64,000 nucleotides of DNA, from contig NW_020845073.1 of the NCBI RefSeq assembly GCF_003704095.1, positions 1,240,001-1,304,000 on the forward strand, in the 5' to 3' direction. Made by a program: the position numbers and the translations under genes. Of this stretch, positions 46,997 through 57,890 are shown one piece after another. Position 1 is the stretch's first letter. Each line of letters opens with the position of its first letter. Source of the stretch: Pocillopora damicornis. Taxonomy: Eukaryota. A model generated the notes under the pieces. The model did no database searches and was not told where the DNA came from. It worked only from the letters and a program-made list of their open reading frames with translations.

Positions 46997-49450
46997 ATGG
47001 CCTCGAAAGTCGAAGTTTCCGTAGAATATTGGTAAGTTCACGTGAATTTATTGTCGTTTAAGCCCTCTTCCATCTCATTTTTTCTACTTAGAAGTTAAAA
47101 GATAGGTTAGAGTAATTAGAAAATTGCTAGCCAAGCTTTTGTACTCCATTGGCCAGCATTGGTTCAATGACAAACGTAAATTAGCATTTCAAATATCAGC
47201 TTAATTTTTTTGAGCTTTAAACTTTTGTGTAGAAGCTGGAAAGTTCTTACTTAATTCAACCAAATAAACTCAGCATTCACCCCCGCTCTGGAATGGTTAT
47301 GGCCAAGAGATGATTTGCTCGCTTTCATGGCAGTGCCGCAGTGGACGTCAGGAAACCCAAATTGTTGACGAGGCAACGAATTGAAATTGCTTGAATGCGT
47401 TTCCTTGTTGTTTCAAATGAAACGTTGTAGAAATCTATAATTTCTGGTGGGGTAGATTTGTAGAACCAGTCGTTTGCAACGGCTTGCACCGAAACGAGCA
47501 TTCATCGAACCCAAACCTTCACGAGTTCATTACTCTTCATTTTTAACTCTTATCTACACAAAGCATATATTAACTTTAATGAAGAGTCATAGAATTTTTT
47601 ATTGGCCTGAAGATCAATTTAGTAGTTCAGAGCTTAATTCGTTCTCTCATTACCCAAAAATAACAAGCCAAATTTTGAATATTCTGGCTCGATACATTGG
47701 AAACAGATATGAACCACCCCGAAAGTGCAATATCATTTAATCTGCAATTCAATCAGTTTAAACGCTACGGGCATTTAGGAATAAAGTGACAAACATACGA
47801 AGAAATAGAGGACTATATATTGTATCTCTGGCGTAGGAAATTGTATGTCTTGGTGATGATTATTGTAAGTGATGGCAAAACAAGTCGTCACTTGTTTTTC
47901 TGTGTCCTGACACGATCTGTTTTTTACATTTTAATTTTATTCTACACTCCCCATCTCTTTTAAGGACGGAGGGTTTTTGTAAAGGGGGTCAAGATTTTCC
48001 TTTAAAAGAGACAAAAGCTGCTCTATAGTATTATTGTTTGATTAGAATCCATTTTTTTATTTTGATAAATTTTGCAACATGCTATGGGATTATATGATAG
48101 TGACTGTGTCAGTGAAAAACAACAGCAATGCATTTAGTTAGGTAGATATTCTAGTCTTGATAAATACTACATGGCTTTGAAATAATTCGAAAAGTTTGTT
48201 AGGATTTAAAGATGTCGATGAGTAGTCAGCACACCCTTAATTTCACTCATTCTGCATCATATGAACAAATTGTTTAATTTGTTTTCCTTATCATTCAGCG
48301 GTGCCTGAGGGTACGCCCCACGCTACAGGGAACTGGCTGATAAGATCAAGGCCGATGTCCCTGAAGCAAATGTTGTCGGCCAAGTTGGTCGCACATGTAA
48401 GTTTATATAGTATGAAAATGTGTAGTGAACAAGACCTTCTGTTGTCTGTTCCTTCTTTTTAGAGAAGGGACAATTTTTAAACTTTCAACAATGTGCAAGT
48501 TGTTTACTAATGGTTCCTTTGTTGTGAATGTGTTTTTTGCAGCTTCGTTTGAAGTAATGGTGAATGGAAAACTGATTTTTTCCAAACTTGAACAAGGAAG
48601 TTTTCCCTCTTTCAAAGAGGTTAGTTGAAATTGAATAAATCAAACTCAGTGAGAGTTTTGAGACTAACTCTCCTAGAAGATGCATGTTATCAGAGAGGCA
48701 AATTTGTACCTGCACAGGTTACATAAATTTCATTGACATCCATAGATGCTCATAGCCACCAAAGTTAAGACTTCTACCCCAGTTGTCCAAAGTGTGGACA
48801 ATGCTATCCACTTGATAAATCTCTACTGGTTGGATAGCTCAGTATGTTTTGTTAACTTTTACTTACTGGATAGCATTATCTAGACTTAAAAAAACTGGGC
48901 CCTGTTCCTATGTAAATTGTTGTGAAGGCAGTTATTACTATCTGTTCAACATAAATTCTTTCAATGCATAACAAAAATTATCATTAGTCTTACCTTATCA
49001 CACCTAACTATTAATGCACTGTTATATTTTTCCCTCTCCTTGGTTACTCTGTGATTGTCTTAGCACTAGAATTATTGTAACTACCCAGAGAAGTGTTATT
49101 AACTAAGTACTGCAGAGTGGCATTTAATTACTCATTGTGCAGAGTAAAGTGCTCTGTGTACCAGTGTGTTGTATTGTGTTTTCAAGTAAGTTTTGCAACT
49201 AATTGTGTTGTGATATCAGTTTTGAGCTCATAATTCTGTAGAGTAGTATCAACAAAATTGTAACCACCAAAGTTTGGTGTGGAGTGGTGTATTAAAATAG
49301 AATCAGACTTTGCATATTTGTTTAAAATATAAAGTTAAAATTGGAGTGTCTCTTTTTGTATAGATTGTTGTTGTGGTACGTGACTGCAGCCAAGGCAAAG
49401 AACCCTGTGAAGTGACAGAGAAAGAGGAATCATCATGCATCCTGCTATAG
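46997..49450 (+). CDS. Selenoprotein W2/MIEN1-like Rdx-family protein, 98 aa with Sec. Exons 46997-47031, 48299-48396, 48543-48619, 49364-49450
   Basis: Spliced product MASKVEVSVEYCGAUGYAPRYRELADKIKADVPEANVVGQVGRTSSFEVMVNGKLIFSKLEQGSFPSFKEIVVVVRDCSQGKEPCEVTEKEESSCILL. In-frame TGA at 48306-48308 in the CxxU motif, the Rdx motif FEV..NG.LIFSKL..G.FP, and a SECIS downstream. Confidence 0.93.
48777..48902. mobile_element. Short MITE-like repeat in a selenoprotein intron
   Basis: Inverted termini cccagttgtccaaa / aaaactgggccc with internal tatcca/tggata symmetry. Confidence 0.5.
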
Positions 49451-50032
49451 TCCAGCCACATGTTAACAATCCTACTAAATCAAATCACTTTAATCCAGTT
49501 GACAATTATGTGCACTTGCACACAAAATCGATAAAAAATTGAATCATTTTATTTATTAAAGTAGCTTTTTGTTTCTTCTAGGCATCTAAAAGCCAATCAC
49601 CAAAGTTTCTTTTTATGATTGATGTCCTCTTAAAAACTACTAGTTGTTATTTAGCATGTAGTAAAGTTAAACCTAGTAGATCTTCTTCCGTTGTCTCAGC
49701 GGTAGTTGATGTGCATAAAGTGTTTGGGCTTTAAGAATAGATGAGACGCCCTAGAGCCAAAATTTGTAAACTTCAGCCAATCCTTCCCTGATAAAAATTT
49801 TAGTGATGGTGGATTAGTTGCCTGTAAAAAGAAACTACAACATATTGTTAGCTATTGTGTGTATTAATTTTTGCATAATTGACTTAAATTTTAATGCAAA
49901 TATGGTGCTTATTTGTGGCCTTGATGCCTCATTTGGCAACACAATTTTTCACATGCTATGTGGCATACAGCTTAACTTTAGAACAAGTGGATGGAGCCTT
50001 GTGTATCTGTTGTTGATGCAAGGTAACGCTGT

Positions 50033-50101
50033 TAATGTTATTGTATGATGGTCACATCAAAAACACTTAGTAATGATGTTGACTTGATGGTTGGAACATT
50101 G
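50033..50101 (+). promoter_or_regulatory. SECIS element (eukaryotic) in the selenoprotein 3' UTR
   Basis: Helix I aatgtt/aacatt; core ATGAT (50045-49) with TGAT (50085-88); 10-bp helix II GGTCACATCA/TGATG(T)TGACT; apical AAAA (50060-63); AATAAA at 50160. Confidence 0.9.
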
Positions 50102-51944
50102 CAGTGGAACAGCAGAAACTTGATAGGTAGACATGCCCTGAGTGCTTGTAAAAAATATCAATAAAATATGGAAAAGTTAGAAGTCATACTCGTGCATTTC
50201 TCTGCAAAGTAAGGTTAAGTTTGTTGCTTCTCAAGTGGTTCTAGATTTTTCTACACCATTTGAAATGACTGATATCACCCAGAAGTAAGACTTACAGGTA
50301 AAGATTTCTCATAAATTTCCAAAGTAATTCAGGTATTCCTTCTTGAGTACACCTCATTTAGGCAACAATCTCCTAAATCTCTTTCACTAAATACTAAAAT
50401 TTTGCCCATGGAAGGAGTAATCCAAACCCTCTTGTAGGTAACCAGGACTACTTCCATTATTCTTTGTTGGTTCAGAGTCTGTATTGCTGAGTATTGATAA
50501 ACCTAAGTCATCACAAAGGCCAATCAGAGCACAGAGAAAATGTGCCAGACACAAGCTTAAATGAGAACTCAAAGTAAAGGCAAAAAATAAAATGACCTGC
50601 GAAAAATGTAGTAACTGCCTTCACACCATTACTTTTTTTGCTGAGAAACCCCAAGTTTCACCTAAAAAATGTCTAAGGGCACATTTTTTTAGCACATTCT
50701 TTGAGAAGTGCTCTTACAAAGATTCTCATCCACCAGTTTGTTTGCTGTTGTCATCAAGCCATTGGAAACCAAGGCTCCTTGCAATGCTATTATAATGTTT
50801 CTTCTAAGAAAATGCCTCCTAATTCATTGGCTATGACTCACCAACACAATAAGTTTAATTTTCCAAGGCCTGAACCACCTCCAATAATTGTTGTATGAGA
50901 TTTTCTCAAAGAGGGTGTTACAGATCAAATAATTGCTTGGCTGTGGAGGGGGTGCTCTAATGATTGTAAGCTATAAGAAGACCACCACAAGTTAAGTTTG
51001 TACCTCTTGTAAGCAAGCAGCTTCTATCATTCTATAGGCTTGAAATACAAAGGTAACAAAATCCAATTCACATGACTTTATTGTTGAATTCATAATCAAC
51101 ATGACATTATCTCACCATGAGCACCCCAACCTATCAATACTGAGCAAGCCTACATCAAAACAACACTTAGCTGCACCTAATGAGAGCATCCACAACACAT
51201 CAAACTTAACAACAATATTTATCAAATTGTCTTTTCAAAGACTTCTTTATGTTTAAGACAAAAATGTTTTCCCTCATAATTCTTGTGAAAAGAAAGACAC
51301 AACTAATGGTAGCTAGGTGGAGAAAGGGGGACTGTCTGAGTAAAACTGTCATTTGAATCTAGCATACAGCTACAGCAAGAAAAATCTCTAGAAACTGTTC
51401 AATAGTTGAATTATCATGCATAATAACTAATAATCATTCACACTGTAAAATACTAAACTGTTACCAGATTTATGGACAAATAAGCCCCTAGTTTCTTAAC
51501 ATATTTTGCCAAAAGAGGATTACTAAGCACAATAATTATCACTTTCTTACAATGGACTACTAAAAAAAATTCCATTTGATGGTCTGTAATGAGAAATGGA
51601 AAAAGTTAAATGTGTTACATTTATGAGCACCTTACAATCATTTTTGAGGCAACTACAAGCTTCCAAAACCAGTTTACACCAAGCCAAATAATTGGCAGGA
51701 CTCAAGTAAAAATTAATGGCTAAATAACTCTTTCCATCTTTTCTCAATCCATACAATGTCTATGTGGTTTGAGTACTGTCCCAAACAGACACAGATTTCC
51801 CCTTTCATATCTCTAAACTATGAAATTTGGGGAGCCCACATCAAATCTTGACATTTTAATTTTTAAATCAATTTAGTATTAACTAAGTACAATGTAAAAG
51901 TATTGCATGCAAACAGTAGCCTGTGGAAGGCCTGGGCACAACTG

Positions 51945-54900
51945 CTATTCAATAGTGTAAGCCATAAAGATGAAGTGTGGACTATCTGGACACAATTCGT
52001 GACCTGGCTTCACTGTCTCAAAACCCATGAACATGAAAGTGCGCATCAGACTCACTGCAAAAAGACCAACCAAAAGAAAAAATTATTTATTTACATTTAC
52101 ATACAGTACCCTGCTTGAGAAAGACTTTGAAAATGACTTGAGGATGCCCAAATAGTTAGTTACAAGCGAGAACTGAGTTGAATAAACATTTATATGCTGT
52201 ACAACTGAGCTGAACCCTTTCACTCTCAAGATCTCATCAGTGATTCTCCTTTCTATCTGCCACACAATTTTTATGATGTTAGTTTGGATAATTAATTATT
52301 GGATCAACTTAAGATATTCTACTTGATATTTTTCTTTATTCTTATCACTTGTCTGCTTGATATTGTATTGATATTGTAAGGAGAAATTCTGTCTTGGTCA
52401 CTCATAGAAGTTCAAGGGCTAAAAGAAAGCACAGGCAAATTAGGCCATAACAGTAACATCAACTCTTAGTACAGACAAACAAATAATAATTTTGCGTTTC
52501 TGTTATTATAATTAGAAAATGAGGGAATTTCAGGGTACAGTACGTTCTTTGTGCCCAAGAATTCAAATTACCTCTGTCTTCTCTTTCCTTGAGTAGACCA
52601 ACAAATATGTGAGTGCAGTCAAGATGTTCCTCTGCATACTCCAGCAGTGATACAAAACTAACCAAAACAAAGATTTCTAATAAGTGCCACGAGGTAATGT
52701 TATCTCAGTGCTAGTTTACAATAGGCTAGGCAATAGGCTTGGCAGATCCACCAATGAGTTGTAGTGGTATAGGCTAAGTTACTGCGCGTAAAAAGATTTT
52801 TAGGAGTGTCTTGAAGACCGATGGTTTTTTGACAGCTTAGCAACCCTCACAAAAGCATCTTAAACTCAATTTAGAATGCTTGAATACCTGTAGAGAGGTT
52901 TACAATAATGTTTTTATGATGTGACCAAATAAAGAAAATTTCCCTCAGGCTAATAACTTTAGTTCTTGTACTGACAAGTTCAAAATTTGGCTCTTCCAAT
53001 GCAGAGTTAAGAACCTTTTATTAACCATAACAGACAGAATTAGCCACAATAATGTGAGATTGTACCTTACAACTAAAGAGGAGAGACCTACCACAACTTA
53101 TCTAATTATCAGAGCAAATTCAAACTGCCACAGAAACAAGAAGTAATACATACAGTAGTCAGTATTACATACCACTCTTTGCCTCCAGGAGCAATCTCTC
53201 CATGTGGAACCTCTACATAAAGAAAGCTATTTTGCAACACAGCTCTCCACTTGACCACATCGTGTTCACCACTTTTAAGGCAAAAGCTATAGAGCAGGGA
53301 CTTTGATAGTTGGTCATTGTCACTCTCATTGGCTATTTTGGAATCCTGGTCAAAAACAAAAACATAATACAGTTGAACCTGTATTAAGTGGGACTGTACT
53401 AAGCGGTCACCCACTATTAAGGGTCACTTGTCAAAGTCCCAGATTTTTTTCTCCTTAATCACTGTACTTTTCACCTCTATGAAGCAGTCACCCCTATCAA
53501 ACAGTCATGGTCACTCGCCAGAGAGTCAGGAGATGACTGCAAGTTACTGGAGTTTCAAGAAACCCCAGCCATAATATGAACCTATACATACATGGACAAA
53601 ACTAACTAACTCCTTATCTACACAGGTCCAAAACAAGAAACAATCTCTTCACCTTTCCAAAGCATTTTACTTGTTCACTGATAGCAAACTTGAGCTCAAA
53701 TTCTTGTCATAATACAACTATTGGAGTTTTTCAGTTCCACGCATTGTAGTTTAAAATTCAGGTATATTTCCATAATCTTTACAAAGAGGACAATACAAAT
53801 CAAACTAATCTTAAGCCATTTATAATGAAAATAGGACTGAGTGGAGTCCAATTCCATCTGCAGTACTGTTATACAGTCAAGTATAATGGATCTGTAGTCA
53901 TATGAATGATTTAAGAAATTGAACCATGCTGGGACAAATATCACTTACATTAAAAAGTTTGAGGAAGGATATACCGTCCTCATCATCATCTCCTCCTCCA
54001 CCACCATCTCCTGAACTTCCTGCCTCGTCATAGCGGACATCAGGTATACCAGTCCATCCACTGTCGCAGCTTATAGTTACAATACACTGCTGACTCCCTG
54101 GTCAAATTAATCAAGCAATAGTATTACAAACAAGCAAATTTTGGTGAACAAGATTCAACACTTTTTCAAAACTATTATTTTTGAATTCCAGACTTAAGTT
54201 AAGGAGTCAAATCTGATGACTAACACCTAAAGGTAGTTTTCAGGGGTTCACCCTCAAGGTGAATATTCTTCAAATAAGTTAATAAAAGAAAATTTGAACT
54301 TGCACATAAAAATTCTGAACGGTAATTTATGTATTTAATAATGCAATGACAAAAAATGATACAGGCTTCTTCCAATGTTTGATTTGAGACTTGATAACAC
54401 TTAATAAAGGTCTTGAATATGTTTTCTTTTGATTTAGGATTCCACGCAAACCCTGAATAAAACAAAGGCTGGCTGAAAACAAAGGGCTGTCTGAAAAATA
54501 TAATATTCAACACTGATGATTTAATCTTGTGAAACAAAGGTTCCCGTCTAGTCAAAGGTGCGATGGTACTAATAGTAATGTTTCCAACACAATTTTCGTG
54601 TTTGCAGGGCGAGAATGTCTATGATTCCTCACTTTACACGACAAAGATCTCAAAAATCACACACCAACTGGTTTGAAAATAAAGGCAATTTGCTAGCGGC
54701 ACCAACAAATTCGCTTACATCAAATGCAGCTGCAATGAATACAAATTATTAGCGACAAAATTTTATTATGTAATGAGCTTTGATCACTTGTTATCACTGC
54801 AGCTACGATAAACACACGCATTCGAATACTGAAGTCACTTGACATTAAAATACTTTAAACATTCCTGGAAAAAAAATCGAGCACAAGTGGGCAAGTATCA

Positions 54901-54967
54901 GTTTTATCATAACAAAGTGAATATATGGCTGAGACATACGTAACAACAAAATCTTCCCCACTTACAG
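51945..54967 (-). CDS. OAZ: Ornithine decarboxylase antizyme, expressed by a probable +1 frameshift. Exons: leader ending 54966, 54097-53949, 53345-53173, 52657-52572, 52054-51945
   Basis: ORF2 reads DVRYDEAG..WRAVLQNSFLYVEVP..GGKECFVSLLEYAEEHLDCTHIFVGLLKEREDRVSLMRTFMFMGFETVKPGHELCP..FIFMAYTIE*. It has no usable in-frame AUG upstream of the conserved domain. ORF1 ends TGG TAT ACC TGA T (54051-54039), overlapping the ORF2 GAT GTC in the +1 frame. Confidence 0.92.
53367..53512. mobile_element. Tc1/mariner-type MITE remnant (TA-CAGT end) in an antizyme intron
   Basis: atacagttgaacctgtattaag..aagcggtcaccc..ttaag repeated subunits. Confidence 0.4.
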
Positions 54968-55789
54968 GGCTGTTTGGCGAATTTCCCCGGATGTTTTTGG
55001 TTAGGATGTTGGTTTTCTTTCTTCTTGTGCGGCGAAATTGTTGACAAGTCGCTGCCGAAGCAGACTACTGACGACAACAGCAATAATTAAACGTTTGAGG
55101 GAGAAACTGAATAGGCGATTGCTCCACTAAAGACTCCTGAGCCCCAACAGATCATGGAAGTCGAAAATGTAGACCAGAATGCTTTTGGACATTTGTCAGC
55201 CTTGTTCCCAGGCTTTTTCTGGTGCATTTAAGAATGGGTTTTGAGTGTCGTCTCATATTACAGAAAAGTTATTGCAAAATTAAAATTTTCAAGCCCATTG
55301 TTATGTAGGATTTCAAGCAGTGCAACATCTCACAGAACCAAAAAGGCATTAAGTTTAAAGTGGCTTGAGAGGCTTATACATATCCTCGCTGATCGTCGCT
55401 GTAAATTCAGCCTTCGGAGAAGCATAATAGTACTAGTAATTAGGCTAATAATAGAACTATTAACAATGGTCATAGTACTAGTCTTCTTCTGATTTATTAA
55501 CGAGGAGGAACAATGACCTACGATCAAAACGTAGTTGTACGTTTGGGTCTTAAGCTAATTTTCTTGCAAGACTGAAATCCACGATTGGAAAGGTATAATT
55601 ACTCAGAGGATCGTCATTGTCAACATCATCATCATCATCTCAATTAATTCGGTAAAAGCCGGTTAGGCAACATACCAACCACGTACAAAATGCAAAAGTA
55701 AAAGTTATACACTACAATAAGTACAATTCAGAATAAAAAATGAACTATACAAATTGAAACGCTCCTATTAGCCTAATGAACTGAAGTAA

Positions 55790-55893
55790 TTATTGAATTC
55801 GACAAGAGATGTAATATCAGATATATCAAGGAGAAGCTGATTCCAGTCTCGGGCAGTTTTTGGGAAAAACGAAAGTTTGAACACGTTCTTCCT
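55790..55893 (-). mobile_element. 3' remnant of a LINE (L2/CR1-like) reverse transcriptase ORF
   Basis: Minus strand translates RKNVFKLSFFPKTARDWNQLLLDISDITSLVEF, matching the SFFPRT..WN.L..SL..F C-terminal motif. Confidence 0.65.
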
Positions 55894-57810
55894 ACAAAAA
55901 AAATTATTATTATTATTATTATTAATTATTATTCAACAATACTCAGATTAACAGCTTTCAGACTAACCTTTTTAGCTGTGCTGGGTCGTCACGTTTTAAG
56001 CTGAATTTTTCCTATGTCGGCCACAGTGAACAGGCTGCTTTAAATTGGGTCCGAAAAAAAACTTAATTAAAGGTGCTTAGTCAGTTACTCGACTGACTAT
56101 GAATGTTTAATTTCAGAGTTTTCTAAATAACTCAAAGAATTTGAACAAAAACTGATTCCTAAAAACATTCGTTAGGTAAGTCAAAGGTTAACTTTTGGCT
56201 GTTGGTTTAAAATAATAAAGAATTTCTGATTTGCTAATGTTCTTGCCAGCAACGTTTTACTTAGCCATATTCAGCGATATGCCGCTCTTCCTGGTCTGGA
56301 TTGGAAATACGAGGAAATTCAATACACCCTATACACAAATGACCTCATTTATAATCTTTTTATGTTATTTTTCCAAAGATTTATATAAACTTAGGACCTG
56401 TCAATGATTAGAAAGAGAAAAGCTGGGAATTTATCGCATAGTACACGCACACACATCTAAGGAGTCCGTTAATATAAAATGAACCTTTACTCGTTCAGTA
56501 AAAATGTTACAGAAAAGACAACAACACATTTTTATCGTTTATGCATTTAATGACAACAACTAAATGCAGTCAATATTTTTTTTGGCTTTCTCCCATTTTT
56601 TCCTTTTTCTATGTCATTATTATTGCAGTTAGACGTTCGTTGTACAAGCTCGTTATTTTGAAGGAGCAGCCACTCAGAAAGATACACACAGCTTTATGGA
56701 CTCGAATAAACAGTAATTACTTTGAAATTATGATAATATCGCCGATCTACAAAAGTCAACTATTAAAAAAGAATGTCTAATCACCTTAAAATTATGGGCC
56801 TACTTATTGATTAAACCCCCGTAAATACACGTAAGCAGTGCTCGGAGAGGAATCGCTCAGTTGTTTAGCTCAATTACCCACATGTTCATTGTTAAAGGTC
56901 CGGCTTTTGTTGTGCGAAGAAGTGCGGTGTGTAAAAAAGGGTTTCCTTTGCCTCTGGAATCAATCATATTAGAAAGTACAACGTAAAGTCGCCGGCGACT
57001 CTAAAAAAAGGGAAAATCAGGGGCGTAGCGACCATATGTGTACAAGCGTAAATTTGGATCCCTGCAGAATTGCTTTTATCTATGAAATCGTGCTCATTTG
57101 CATGAATTCCTCTCAGTTTGATGCTACGACTTGGAATGGTAGAATGAACTGTTTGTCCAACCTAAAAGCTCTGTCGTTATGGTAAACAAAATGGGTCTCT
57201 AGAACAACATTCCCGATTTAAAAAGGGTTCAAAGTTAAATGATTCCAAACGATGTGTTTAAACTTCATTTAAAATTAAAGAAATGCTTGATCTTCTGGCC
57301 CTCTACATGATTGGGTGAGCCTTTCAAATGATCACCATTACCTCGTCATAGATTCTCTAAAGTAAAAGACAGACAAGAACGTCGAGTAGAGGATTAAAAA
57401 AAATGTCTTAATACTTGATTAAACAAATATTATCGCAGTATATAATGTTCAGGTTGCCATTTATTTTTTGATCTGAGGCGTCACAAGTGAGAACTGTGTT
57501 GACCCTTCAATGAGTTGTTTGCTGGGCTTCCGCCGGGCTTTTAGGATCTTGCATTCATATACCGAGCTAAAATGGGCCTTTCCTCAAACACAGAGAGGTA
57601 AATGCAAACAGTTGTGCGCTTATTGCGACAAGCCGCTGACAGAAAAAACCCACAAGGAACTTTTAAAACGTTTATACGTCAAAGTAATATGTAACAAAGT
57701 GTTCATTGATAAAACACTTCAAGAAATTGTTCACTTAAACCCGCATAGGAAAATGGAACAGCTGTAAAAACAAGGAAGAGCGCTAAGAGCAATGTATGAT
57801 CTACTCTTAC

Positions 57811-57818
57811 TATAAAAG
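57811..57818 (+). promoter_or_regulatory. TATA box of the serine protease gene
   Basis: TATAAAAG 80 bp upstream of the ATG at 57891. Confidence 0.55.
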
Positions 57819-57890
57819 TAGGCAGATGAAGAAGGACTTTTTACATGCAGACCTTCAGACAACAAAGAACTCCCGAGGTTTTTGTTCAAA

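Noticed and set aside
48306-48320. GGG-TACG-CCC hairpin right after the Sec UGA as a Sec-redefinition element
   Set aside because: Only 3 bp and too close to the codon; explained by Gly-Tyr-Ala-Pro coding.
55134-55140. Canonical-looking TCCTGA near the antizyme 5' end
   Set aside because: It is on the plus strand, opposite to the antizyme gene.
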